A stretch of DNA of 64,000 nucleotides. Origin: Lepidodermella squamata. Taxonomy: Eukaryota > Animalia > Gastrotricha. The position numbers and the translations under genes are program-made. The DNA lies in assembly GCA_047495785.1 (NCBI GenBank), contig JBLDXI010000020.1, positions 1,240,001-1,304,000 of the forward strand, in the 5' to 3' direction. Below, piece by piece: positions 51,101-64,000 of the stretch. Position 1 is the first letter of the stretch, and every line of letters starts with the position of its first letter. The notes under the pieces were generated by a model, which had not been told where the DNA came from, did no database searches, and saw nothing but the letters and a program-made list of their open reading frames with translations.

Positions 51101-54100
51101 GAGCCCATATCAGCGCCGAGAGCCATCATTTCGAGATCATTCGCCGCCGCGCTCAGCATACTGTCCGATATCGGTATCCCAGACCCAGGCATTTGCGAAC
51201 CACCCTGCATTCCCACATCAGGTCCATTTCGACCAAATGAGAACGCCTGTGTCACTGAGGCTAGCACGTTTTCCTGCTCGAGCCGTTCCCAGTCTTGCTC
51301 GTTCAGTGTATACACCTTAAAAAAATTAGAAAAAATATTAAAAAAAATTCCAAAGAAAATTATTGGCGTTAGATAACTATATATAGTACAGTGCATAGGG
51401 TTTAGAAAAATCTGCTGCTAACCAAAGCACAACAAATTATTTATAGAGTGGATAATCATGCTAGACCTAGATATTGTAAACAGCTATTGTCCTATTAAGG
51501 TGGACGACATCAAAAACTGTGCTAATTTTTGTAATCACGCCACGACGTGTAAGAACTCATCACGCCACACGACGAAAATGAGAGAACCTTCTTCATCGCA
51601 GGGTTTCGAGATCTGTAGGGCGAAGTTGGCGGTGGTGGTAGAAGCTGGCTGAGTTGCTCGCCAGTTAGCGTGGTGGCGCCCGATGCCGTGAGAAGAGAAG
51701 CGGACAGCCCTGATTGGGGCTGTTGCTGTTGAATTATCACCGGAGGGAATCTCACTTTCACGTTATGCTGCAACTGCCCACCAGGTTCACAATTATTATC
51801 GTTAAGGCCTGATGGCAACGACGGCGCACCACGCACTCCTGGCAGCGTCGAGTACTTTGCAAGAAAGAAGAAGGGTTAAAAAATCCATGCGATTAATAGA
51901 AACGATATATCCCAGAGAGGTATATTTAGAAAGAAAAACCATTCACCGAGTTAAAATTCCAATAGCAAGCCATCACCGGTAGAAGTTATATATAGAGTTA
52001 TAAATTATGTGCAAGCTGTTAATTGTTGTCTGCCCTCTAGTGTTAAGACGTCGCTTGACTGTCTTGTCGTCATCATTACCTGAGCCGGGTCATCGTAACT
52101 ACTCTGGAAAGCCGGTCGAAGTTTGTACTCCTCGTCCGGCAACAAAGCGGCGCTGGCTTCTGCAACCGTCACCGACGACAAAAAGTCGCGGCGACGTCGC
52201 AGAAATTCCTCCACTTCGCCGTCAATCGCCGATGTCGAAGGATAGATAAAACCCGGGTCCAGTTCGAGAGGCTTTACATAATTGAACGAGGTCATAACCC
52301 AAACATAATCACATGCATTATTAAACCAAATTATAACAAGAGGTAAAAAATTAAATTATTCGAACAAAAATCCCGAACCGTATTTTTTAAATTAATTTCT
52401 CATATACGCTTACCTTGAGCGGGTCGTTAAGGGTTGATAAGGAGCGACCAGAAACACCCCGGAATAGAACTTGTTGCGTTTGTTGGTCAATTGTTGTCGA
52501 TGTGAGATCGATAGGCTCGTATCCATTGCTCATTGTTCCATTAAGGTGGCCGGTCGACATTGAGTTGCTATGGTTAAGGTGGTTGAGAGTCGCTGCAGAG
52601 TGCTGCCGCTCAGACAGCATCGAATCTAGATGTTGCTTGGTCATATGCAGCTCTTCACTGGCCCGATCGCGCTGCATTTCCAACTCGGTGGCTAAGGCTT
52701 TCAACCTATCCAGATCGCTATTTAATTGCCGCTTCTCTTCCAGAGCTTGAACTCGTTCTCGCAACTGAGCCTGCAACCTTTCGTTCGATTCTGCCATCAA
52801 TTTGTCGACAGTAGCTGATAATCGAGAGTTATTTTCATCGCTTAATTGAACTCTTTGACGGGCTCGTTTCAACTCGGCTTGAAGTTCGTTCATTTGCGAC
52901 TCCATTTGCTTCATGCGCTCTTCGACAGTCCCCCGGTTCTCTTCAGCTTGGTTCAATGCTTGAACGTGGGAGGCAAGTTCGGATTTAACGATAGGTAACG
53001 CGTCCGCTTTAGCCATCGCCGACTGCAACCGATGCTCAGCCAACTCTTTCATCTCCTCCGTCTGGCGCAGTTTGTCTTCAGCAGTTCGCGCCCTGACGTC
53101 CAAATTCGCCAAATCGGCCTCGAGGCGGTCTTTCACTGTTTGCAGCGACGTTATCTCACGCTGAGCCATCGCATATTTCCTTTCGAGGGAAGTGAATCTC
53201 TCTTCTAGCTCTTTCCTTTGCGTGTGAATTTGCGGCAATTCCCGCTCCAGCATTTCTATCGAATGCTTATTCGAGCTTAAACTGGCAAATGCAGCTGATA
53301 AGGTGGATTCTTTATCTTGTAGTTTGGTTTGCAAATCAACAATTTGCTGTTTTAGATCACCGATTTCGCTCGTTTGTTGAGATATTGTCTCCTGCATCGA
53401 CGTCAATTTCTGAACGGTCGATTCAGGCTCAGAGGTGCCACTCGCCATCTGCACGAATTCTGATTGCTGCTTCAATTCGACCACCAGTTCCTCGTAAGTC
53501 GCGGTATTTGTCGACTGCGAGGAAGTTGAGACCACGTAAGTCGACGCCACTGGAGATGTGACTGTCCCAACGTTGACTGACGCTTGAGAATCGGCGGCGT
53601 TACCTAACGAGCTATTCCTAGTTCTTTCAGACTGTTCACGGAGGAGGAAGACTTCAGCATTTGCGGATGACAGCTCATCTTCGAGCTCAGCAACCCTTTG
53701 AAGAGCGAGATGCAGCCGACTTTTCACCTTCTCATCAAGTGCTTTATGGTGCTCGAATAGCGATTTCAACGCCTTCAACACTTCAACCTCGGAAGACACG
53801 CCCGATTGGTTGCTAGCCTGTCGTTTGACGACTGTGACTCTCAGCGACCGTTCGTGCCTCGCGACCAAAGATTCGAGGTGTTCGAGAAGTAGCCGAGTGT
53901 TGTTCCGCTCAGATTTTAGATCTTCAATCTCTTCTTCGCGCTCTTTCACGTGCTCTTTGAGCATCATCACCTCCTTAGTCAGCTCGGTAGCATCCTGAAA
54001 TTGAAAAAAATATTTTAACGATTTTCATTATATTACGCAATTTGCTCGTAGAAAATACCCTAGATTTCACGCGTTCAAATCAAATTTAGTCACATGATAA

Positions 54101-55404
54101 AATTGGATTGCAATCTCCTCGCATATATCTTCAGACAGACTATCCCTGAGCTCTCATTTTCGGTGCTAGGCCTGATGGCTTTAGAATAAAGCGCGGTATC
54201 CATCTCAATAAATAGTACGCTGCCAAAATAAAATTGTTGGTTGATGAATGACGAATTTTTATATCAATTTTAATTCGGAATTTTCAAATATTGGCGTTTT
54301 TATGATGCACACCGCGTGCCTGGTTTTGAGTTAGCCTTGTATTGCGTGACAGCCCTGAGCGTGCATTACGCATGACCATTAATTTTTTCTGCACTGCCAT
54401 GTTTAGAGTATAACGTCTTGATATATCTGTCACAGCCCCTCGAAATAACGGCCAAGTTTTTTGCGTGATATCCGAGAGTAATCGAAGTCACTCGAGTGAC
54501 TTTTTAACCACACCGAAAAGGCAGCGGCGCGTAGGTAGGTACAAAACAACAACCGATAATATTTACACAGACCTATCACGCGCTTATTACGATACAAATG
54601 CCGGCTGAGGTGAGGTAGGCAGGCGCAGGCCGGCACTGACTGACTGCAGCCGGTTTCGCAGTACAGCGCAGATAAACAACGAGTTAAGAGGTGCGATCTA
54701 ATAATGCAGCAATAACCCGGCCACTGTTCGCGCGGTTGGCTTTTTATCGACCCGCCGGGAGAGCTTGTTATATGCAAATAGGATTTTACACAATGCAAAT
54801 GCAATATTTGCGACGAAAAGCTAATAATAATAATAATAGTAATCATTCGGCCCCGTGGGGCTCGGAAAAATGCACACAATAAATTCAATATTAGTCGGCA
54901 AATGAAACAAACCTTTGGCCAATCGGGCTGGAGCTGTTGCCGCAGGAGGTCGCGCTCTTTTTCCGCCTCCAGTAGCCGCTGACGTAGATCTCGTAACTGT
55001 TCTTCGAGAGTAGCGACGCGCTCGATGAGTCTATCACGTTCCTCGAGCATGCCAACCATAAGTTGTTCGAAATTTGTCTCCCGCGCGTCGGCTGAAAACG
55101 TAATACCTAGGGAGGAAAGCGCCGAAATGGGCCCCGAGTGCTGATCGGAATTGCCAGAGCCATTTTCACTCGAAGTAGGCACAATTACTCCGCTATTCGC
55201 GACCCGTTTAACAGGCGCGACGGAATAACCGCCCTGGTTATCACCATTTAAATCGCCATAATAATCCGCTCCTCCATTTTGTTCATTCTGGTCGTAGCCG
55301 TTTAACATATCATCTTCTTCTTCGCCATCGCCAAAGCCGCCATTTCGGTCCATTTGCAGTGACGAGGCGTCTTCAACGATAGTGGGCATAATATCATAAC
55401 TCAT
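48119..55404 (-). CDS. PPFIA: Liprin-alpha (SYD-2/PPFIA); core exons 54913-55404, 52414-53994, 50803-51315, 49731-50124, 48119-49278, plus probable cassette exons 50440-50613 and 49441-49620
   Basis: 'DIMPTIVED', '[16 protein letters not shown]', '[24 protein letters not shown]', '[23 protein letters not shown]', and three SAM domains ('[23 protein letters not shown]', '[16 protein letters not shown]', 'VLVWSNDR'). Confidence 0.97.
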
Positions 55405-58400
55405 TTTTTGCGTATTTTCTTATTCTTCCCACGGCTAAGATCCAATTTCACAACCAGACACGCGAACCGACCACTTTAGTTCTTCACGTCCAAGTACACA
55501 TCATTTTTTTCTCAAAAATCATGAGCTATATAAAAAATAATGAAATCAAGATGAAATCGATAAACTGTAGGGACAAACAATCCGGCACTTGACTTGATAA
55601 ATGAAGAAATGTGCCGTCGCTATACTAATGCATAGTATGTATAAATTCTACCAAGAACTGATCAATTATAGCGCATTTGAATAATCCATATTACAAGAAT
55701 ATATTATGATGTCATCGCTATAAGCGAGGGACATGCGCATAAAATCTATGCCACATACAAATTTTGTTTGTTTACTGACAGCGTCTACGCACAGTGGAGG
55801 CCAAATCTTGCCGCGGTACCAAGGCCGGCACTGTAAGAATCTCCAACGAAATAGATCGATAAAGATTAAGATCTATCGACTACTATAAGCACGAAAGCGT
55901 TTCAGCCACACTACATGCTGGCAGTTTACAGGAAGGAGATATAGAATGAGATTGACACACAAGCAATGACAAAACTCCTATACTATGCGCTACTGAGAGA
56001 AGAAGATTGCGAATAATATTTTCACTTTCTTCAATACAACTACAGCAGAGCACTATTTACTGTACCACACCCGAATTCTCTCAAGAGAATCAGTGAAACC
56101 ACACTGATCAATGAGATGTGTGAGGCTATGCACGATATAACCCCACACATACACACCCTAGCTACGCGAGGGCAATATGTTTGCCTGTAAATAATCAGAA
56201 CCAGATACATAGCTTTGTGGAGCAGCAGATCTGCGCCAAGATGATTACCTCCATCAAGACTTTTTGTTTCTAAATAATTTCAGCGATCTTCATCGCCTAA
56301 TGACTGTTGAACGAAAAAAGCCGACAAGTACTCGGCGGGTATTAAGAACAAATGTAAACTAGCAAAAAACGATAAACTTAATGGGCTATCCAAGTATTAT
56401 TTTCGACTGAGTGACGATTTCGTTAATAATACATTTTCCAGTTTATTCCACGGCCACGAATATGAATCAGTTTGAGTTTTAATCCTTCAAATCGGGTCAT
56501 AGAAAAGTTATATCTGCAAATCAACCAACTGGTAAGAATTGTTAATAATAACAATAATAATAATGATAATATAAGCAAAATAATAATCAGCAAAAATTGG
56601 ATGGGCAAAATTTCGCTTAGAAATACAGACGCTTTTATGTCGACGTGCAGGCCCTTTCAAAGTCGAAAAATATAGATGTTCCGATATAAACGGATGGGAG
56701 TGTTAAACCTATACAAAAACCAGTGTATATAAATGTGCTAATAACTGTGGCATTTAGGCATATTTAAGCATCAAATGCGACAAGATTGGAAATTGGCCCA
56801 ATAGTCCAACATTTTGTTGTCAGTCGCATTGAGAGTTCGACAAAAACGACAAAATGCAAACTAAACATTCTACCTAAAAGTTCTTTCAAATTCAAACACA
56901 ACAGTTGGAGAAAAACATTTCATGTCAAAAAATTTTAATCACATCTAGTCAAGCAATAGGTGATAAATCCAGCGCAAAACGCGATTTTTGCGCTGTAAAA
57001 TCATTTTTGTCAACTTAGTGAACATGGTTCATTGGGGCCTTGAGTTTTAATGCCACCGGATTGTCTAGTTTCCTCATGATTAAACGCCAAGTTAGAAGGT
57101 CACGGCGTCATGAGAGCGATCAACGTAAGTTTATTGATAATTTTAAATGTCGAAAATTTAGGAATATTATAAGCTTACTATGCAAGTGGAGCAATGAGTT
57201 CCGATTCATATATCTTTCCTTATAGAATACAGTAAACACAGTCGCAGCAAAAGAGGGAAAGCCAGGGGCGAGGGAAAGTCTTTCAGCTATCAGCGAATCA
57301 GATTTGATGCACTGATCTCTGCCAGCCACACTACGCGCAAGATGTGTGACGCAATTTGTTCAGATCCATTACGCCTTTGCCTATGGAAGCGTCGACATCT
57401 TGCGAGGGTATTAAAATAAGTAAGAATCGGTTATCGGATGTCGGACACGAGATACGAGCCATTATCCAAGATCCAGGTTAACCATTAGAACGCATTTCTC
57501 AAACCTTACAAACCTCCACATCAAAAGATAGTACGAAAAAGCGAAAAACTTTTTTCAGCGTGTCAAGCCGTGAAAAATAAAAGGTGAAATCTGACAAAAA
57601 GGCACCGTATAACGAAACAAGAACTCGATTGATTTAAGGGCGCTGGGACTAAGTGGCATTAGTACCATATTTACGCAAAAGTTAAACTGAAAGCGGCAGC
57701 AATAACCAAAGAGATCGGCGATTTCTCTCCGGACATGGGCAAAGACGACGATCTAAACCTAGCAATATGTGCGATGCGGCAAGCCAAGATAAATATACAG
57801 TCCACGCGGAACGTAAATGTGAAGATCAGTATTTCCATGGGAGATGAGCGTGACAAAAGCTCGAAATATAAGGTGTGTAGCTTTTTTGAAGACGCTGAAA
57901 TTGATACGCGCCGCTCGATGCTAGCAGCTAGCAGACTTTGGCGCTTTCGGAGCCGCCTCTCTCCTCTCATCTCTGAAACTCAAAAGACGCCTCGCTTTTT
58001 AGCGCTTTATTTTTTATCACAGTTATTTATGTTTGTCCTCTATGGCATGATCAACAAATAATTTAAAATCATTACGGGATTTTGCATTTTGCTGATTTGA
58101 ATTTCGCAAAGCGCGCCTGATCTTGCGGCTTTGCGCTCTTCTTCGGCAAGTCGTTTCGTTTTCGTCGGCAGCGTCATATCTCACCGAAAACCCAAAGATC
58201 CTCAGCGACAAACTTCTGAAAGAACTGCTGAAATATGTGAAAGATTTCGTCTACGCAAAGAAGAGGTAAGGTGGCGACTTACCTCGGCGCGTCCATCTGT
58301 GACTGTTGGATGAAAGACCGCCTTCCGCTCGCCGCTCGCAGTCCGAGAGGTCCACTCAAGATCGAGCCTTCGTCATCTGTGGTTAGGAGGCCTGGAGCTG

Positions 58401-58870
58401 GGTCGATCCCTTTATTCGCAAGATTACCGGCTCGAAAGCCTGTCGCAAAGCCACCTACTTGCAGCAATTTTTCATCGAGTCTGAATAGACCAAATGGAGA
58501 TCGTAGCTCTATTATTAGGCTTAATATATTTTTGTATCCTATTGTGCCTTTTCTGCGCCTAACACCGAATTATCGGCGACAGGTCTAACTCATCAAGCCT
58601 AGCCCTGTTGAATCACCAGCATTGGTGTCAGGGTCTAACACCCATCCATTTGAATGGACTCATCCACCATCTGATTCCAGGTAGCAACGAGGTTAGCAGT
58701 TACCAGCGATAAGCTTACTTAACTATTTAGGCTGAACGGTGATTCATTTTCAATGTTCGCGAGAAAGCAGCGGCATGAATGTTAAACTGGATGTGCATTG
58801 CATAGTTTCATGTTTACTGACATTTGACATTACGTGACTTTGTCCGATTCTCTTATAGGAGGCCGTTGAC

Positions 58871-60322
58871 ATGGACTGGGAGATCATCGGTTCGATTCTC
58901 ATATTATTGCTAGCTTTTGCCCTCCTGATACTCAATGTGAGCACAATGGAGAAAGCTGAGAACGATGAGCGTCTTCGGAAACTGCAAGTAAAGTATCTGG
59001 TTGTCTACTCACTTGCCGTGGCTGCAGATTGGCTTCAAGGTCCATACATGTACGCCCTGTACGAATCTTACGGTTTATCTGTTCATCTGATAAACCTCCT
59101 ATTTGTTGGTGGTTTTGGAGCCAGCTTAGTCGCTGGAACTTTTGTTGGATCTTTTGCTGACAAGTGAGTTGTTACAGCTCTATAGAAACCAACTTATTAA
59201 ACTTATTTATAATTTAGATATGGCCGACGATTCAATGTTATGGTCTACGTTGCTCTTTACGTCGTGTCTTGTATAACAAAGCACTCATCATCATTTTTAA
59301 TCCTGTTTTTGGGAAGAATCACCGGTGGCATTGCCACGTCGATATTATTCAGCGCTTTCGAATCATGGCTGGTATACGAGCATAAAAATAGTGGATTGTC
59401 ACCTGATCTTCTGTCGAGCACGTTTTCGTATGCTACCCTTCTCAACTCGGCTATGGCAATCATCAGTGGATTTCTTGCTCAAATGGTGGTTAATACCACG
59501 GGTGCTTACGTTTCTTCGTTTGATGCATCAATTGTTGTGCTACTTATATGCGGTGTTCTCGCGTACAAGCTGTGGGGCGAAAATTTCGGAGACGTCGACA
59601 AACCAATGAGTGATACGTTAAAATCGTCGTGGAACATCATTATGTCATCTGCAGATCGGAGGCCGTTACTTCTCGGCATCGCAATTGCCCTTTTTGAGGC
59701 AGCCATGTACATGTTTGTGCTGGAATGGACCCCAGCGTTGAAAGCTGCGTATTTAAGCAACCATCCCGTCGCAAAACATGCTGATTTTGAGAGTGGAGAT
59801 GGTGAAACTAAAACTGAAGTAACTCAGAAGGAGAATGTTAGCATTCCCTATGGATTAATTTTCGCTGCTTTCATGGTTGCTTGTATGGCAGGATCTGTAT
59901 TTTTTAAATATTTGAAGCGCTCCTTTCCGGTGGAGAAATTTATAACAGCGTCTGTAGCTGTCAGTGCCGTCTGCCTACTATGCCCCATCTTGCCTGGGGT
60001 TTCATCGAGCTTTTCTACTCTGTTACTCGCATTTTTAGTCTTCGAAATTTGTGTCGGCGTGTTTTGGCCATCGACCGCAACACTGCGATCCGTTTATCTC
60101 GCCGAGGAAAGCCGGTGCACAATAATGAATTTCTATCGCGTTCCGCTGAATTTAGCCGTTGTTTTGGTTCTTTGTTTTGATCTAAATTATATCAGCGTTT
60201 TTATGCTGGCTGTTGGATGTTTATTCATTTCTGCGACATGCTTCGGCATTTTAGAAATTCTGAGAAGCCGTTCAATTTCTGTAAATGCTTATCATCTTTC
60301 ACCATCCGAGGCTGCTGCGTAA
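58871..60322 (+). CDS. MFSD5: MFS molybdate-anion transporter (MFSD5-like); exons 58871-59163 and 59218-60322
   Basis: 'YL.VY.LA.AADWLQGPY.Y.LY', 'ADKYGRR', 'GGIATSILFSAFESW', 'WGENFG', 'FE.AMY.FV..WTP', 'NFYRVPLN'. Confidence 0.93.
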
Positions 60323-61301
60323 GTTTTGCGCGCTGACTTGACTCTTAAGGCTTGGAATCTTGAGATTTTGTTTTCCTCATCAGGAAAGTTGCAATGTTGT
60401 GAGGGAAGGATTGTTCTGTAGAATGCGTGCTAAATTCGACGAGCAACTCGTAAATAACCGTTATTCGCTTTGACTGGTTTGTTTTGGGGCTTTCATACTA
60501 ATTCTGCGGGAATACAAAATGAATATAATATTGTTATACCAGTTATGAAACCGTATATACATTCTATTTCACTTGATCACAGTCTATTATTTATTTGCCG
60601 ACACTGCTGTTTGGTAGCCGATAACTTGCTTACTACATGATATTACATCAATCGATCTTCCTTTTTAAAGCATTCTACTGCCAACATCGAAAGTCGTTAC
60701 TAAGAAATATTTTGAATAAAATTTACAATTTGAGGAACGTGTGCCTTTTTTACGGAGCTGATTTTGCCGATTGAACAACTATAGTATAGAAAAATGAAAA
60801 ATGAGAAAATGAGAAACGAAAACCAGGGAGCTTTAAGGATGTTATTTTCGGTTCTGCCGTTACGTTAAAAGTTCCGAAGGTGGTAGCAAAATTAACGAGA
60901 GGGCTAAAAACACGCCTGCTTCAATTCCTATTTCGAGCTGTATCATTTAGCTGTATTCAGGTTGGTTTCAAGCCTGCTAAATGGCTTTCCGAGAGGTCAA
61001 CCAGCGAGATCTTTAATTAAAACACAGTTGGCGCCAGCTTTCGCGGCTTCCGTCTGTTCAATGTTACACGCGTCTACTTACAACTGCTGAAAATCTGTCG
61101 CGTGCTTTGGCGCCATTTTCCAATTTCAAAGAGGTGAAAACACATCTCAACGAATTCATACCATTATTTTCCATCTCAGCTACAACATTAAATTCCAAAA
61201 TTTAAGCAACGTTCGTCCGCACATTTATAATTTTTTTCTCCCCTATAATAGGCAGAACAATTACCATCACAGAGAGGCGTTCGATTGAGACGAGCCGAAC
61301 C

Positions 61302-62624
61302 ATGCTGAAAGACGCGCTAATGCCGGTGATCCTACTGGCGCTGTTCGCAACAGCAGCTAAAGCGGGCGAAATTTCTGACGATCGAATCGTTGACGATTTC
61401 CCAGCAGATGCCGCGCCCACCGTCCAGCCCGCGAAGACTGTAAACAAAACCGGTGATCGCTCTGGCTTCGAGCCCATGAACCCTACATTCGGCTCAGATG
61501 GTTACGCAAGTAGGTTGATCAATAAATCTTTGAAAAAATACGTAATCTAAATAATCCAGGTGGTGGCTATGGCGGAAGCTCGATTGCCGATTGTCAGAGT
61601 TTGCGCTACCGAAACAAGTGTTACTTCTTGGCGTTGTCTCAAGAAAGTTGGCACACTGCTCGCGACTACTGCAGCCGTATTGGCCACACGCTAGCTCGAA
61701 TTCAATCCTCGGACGAAGCTACCTTCCTCGCTTCCTACCTGTTTGAAGGCGGCCACAACAACTATTGGGTCGACTTGAACGACGAACGTACCGAGGGCGT
61801 TTGGACGCATTCGGACAACTCGCCAGGTTTTACTGATTGGTGGGGCCCGAACGAGCCCAATGGAAATCGCGGTGAAAACTGCGGTCTTCTGGTATAAAAA
61901 GCATTATTTTCCTCTACAAATTGCCGACTGATATGCTTTAATTTTCCAGGGCATCGGTCGCGATCGCATCGGCCGCCTGATCGACGAGCCTTGTGGTGAA
62001 TGGCGCCGATACATTTGCCAGCGCCAATCCGAGAACGTTTGCCGTCGCGCCGGCTACAAGCGAAAATGCTACTGGTTTTCGGTGCAACCGGCAACGTGGT
62101 TCAACGCCCGTGAGTATTGCGCCACAATGGGCCAACGTCTTGCCCGTGTTACCGCCACTGACGAGCTCAACTTTTTGGCCCGTATCATGCCGCGCCCGAG
62201 CTGGATCGACCTGCGTTATGGCGGCCAGGGCGTCGGTTGGTCATATGCCGATGGTAGCAGCGTGAACAACGCCGCTTCGTTCTTCGGCGGTGCCGGCTAC
62301 ATGGGTGGCTTTGGAATGGGACCTCGTTGCGCCGAGCTACGCCGCTACAACCAAAAGGAGGGCCGAAGCGTTGCGGCTGAATGCAACAAACTGAATCAGT
62401 TCATCTGCGAAAGCGAAAGTTTGCCGCAAGGCGCGGAAATGGATAACCCCGAGGACATGCCCGGTTCTGTGTTCGGCTCACCCATGGGCGGCCCGGCTAT
62501 GGGCCCTGGTGGCCCTGTCAATCCGCTTGACCCGTCCATGAGCGGTGGCATGGCTGGTATGGGAATGCCGGGAGCTGTCAATGAGTTCGGTGGCTACGGA
62601 ATGGCTGGTGGTTTTGGCCGTTGA
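61302..62624 (+). CDS. Secreted protein with two C-type lectin domains and a Gly/Met/Pro-rich tail; exons 61302-61509, 61560-61891, 61950-62624
   Basis: Signal peptide; 'CYF...SWHTARDYC...LARI...WVDL...W.PNEPNG...ENC'; second CTLD 'CYWF..ATWFNAREYC..LARV..WIDL..FICE'. Confidence 0.92.
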
Positions 62625-63486
62625 TTTGTTTTCGCCCCTCAAAAACTGCCTTTTTATCTTCGCCTAACAAATCAAAATGATCTAGTGTCACTCTTTGCTA
62701 CTTCGTGAATTTTTGTTGTCAGTTTTATCCTTTATGATGTTAGCTTGAAGTCAAAATAAGATGCTTTTACTGGAACACAATGATTCTAAACACAATTCCA
62801 ATGGAATAAAATCAGCAATTTTTAATGGTGTATTTTAATGCTTGGTCAATGGAAAACTATCTCAAATGATGAGCTGCAGATCACGCTCCAGAATTGTTCC
62901 AGGTTTCCTAACGGGGGAAGTTTGGAAACGAGGGGATTCGAATCTGGGATAGCAGCTATCTATCACTCACTAGTATCCGCGAGTTTTTATGACCACTTTG
63001 AAACTAGGCTCATTGAACTTTCAGGTCCAATTATAGGGGATCTACCTGAATTATTCGAATGCTGTCATCAACTTTCGAAGCTCCAGCAGTTCAAGAATAA
63101 TTCAGTACCTTTACCTCCATTATATTGTCATATTTCGTCCAAAAACATTAATGGGCACATCAAAGGGCAATATCCATTCAGCAGTTGTAGCCATGTTATG
63201 AATCGGCGTTAATGTTACGCAACGGTTAAATCGTGTGCCTAAGGCGCGAGCGTGTTTCAAGGGCGCACGCGCGCTGTATCAGTCGGTCGTTCGAGTTGGA
63301 AAAATTCGCGCTTTTTTCGAACAAAACAATGATTTTGTAAAGGCGCGACTCAATTCTGAAAAACAACTTGTCTGATTTTCCTGACAATCCTACAGCGCGT
63401 TACCCGTCTTATCTCACGTGAAACCTTGACGGCCGGCTGAACCTTTATTAATTTAATTTCTCCAACTTGTTTCTCTCTGTTATAGA

Positions 63487-64000
63487 ATGAATTTAGCGGC
63501 ATTTGCTACGATTCTGCTTGCCGCTTCAGTTGCAGCGTCAGGTAGGCTGTGGCCTAATTTTCTTGATTGATAATGATAGATTGAACCTATTCTAGATGCC
63601 TCGGACAGCTGTGAAATGGACCTGGTTTTCAGCATCGATCATTCGACGACTTACACCAGCGAACAGTTCGAATTGATCAAACAGCTTATTCTCAACACTT
63701 ACAAGAAGTTGAAGGAGAGCAGTCAGAAAATCAAGGTAAAATTACAATTTTTATTGATTGCGTGAATTTTTCTGATTTTTCTAGAGCAGCTTGTTATCAT
63801 TTGGTGAAAACGGAGCGGAGAGCTTGGTTAATTTTAACCAAGATGAACCCGATATCGAAAACTCGATTAAGAGCCTTGAAGCAAAGGGCGGCCGTCCCGC
63901 CTTGATGAAGGCCCTCCAAATGATCCAGAATTTTTACAAGGAGCGCGCCGATCTCAGGCCATCGGCTGAGAAGAAAGCTATTATTTTCATGGCTGGCGAG
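63487..64000 (+). CDS. Secreted VWA-domain protein (3' truncated); exons 63487-63541, 63596-63734, 63785->64000
   Basis: Manual splice: MNLAAFATILLAASVAAS-DASDSCEMDLVFSIDHSTT...FELIKQLI...SLLSFG...GG.PALMKAL...RPSAEKKAIIFM. Confidence 0.8.

Noticed and set aside
57600-58750. Cluster of short ORFs between liprin-alpha and MFSD5
   Set aside because: No domain or consistent exon chain found.
2404-62581. Many antisense or alternate-frame ORFs overlapping iGluR, GS, liprin, MFSD5 and the lectin
   Set aside because: Shadow ORFs caused by GC-rich codon usage of the real genes.
62838-63212. 124-aa ORF between the lectin and VWA genes
   Set aside because: No homology or coding features that I can recognise.

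Overview
This is a compact animal (bilaterian invertebrate) genomic window: spliceosomal genes with mostly ~45-70 bp GT-AG introns, TTAGGG-type telomeric remnants and short intergenic spacers. Recognisable genes, in order: the 3' end of a 53BP1-like tandem-BRCT gene; an AMPA-type glutamate receptor with an atypical pore and gate; a large disordered acidic protein with alternative first exons, Tyr docking motifs and repeated putative actin-binding motifs; an Mpr1/Spt10-like GNAT acetyltransferase; glutamine synthetase; a tight UMAD1-Arp2-DPAGT1 block; liprin-alpha; MFSD5; a two-domain C-type lectin; and the start of a VWA protein. The standout is a co-oriented cluster of about 9 intronless secreted prepropeptide genes plus one pseudogene (26.8-33.0 kb and 46.0-47.0 kb). 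Each intact gene encodes one C-terminal amidated peptide, mostly of a (Y/F)GQxRG-hydrophobic-(Y/F)amide or SGIMFamide type. The cluster shows birth-and-death evolution: a 1-kb tandem triplication, an internal duplication, Gly-stop termini, and a 53-aa member missing from the ORF track. Several MITE-like elements with 8-10 bp flanking direct repeats are also present. All assignments come from reading the sequence by eye; no database searches were run.
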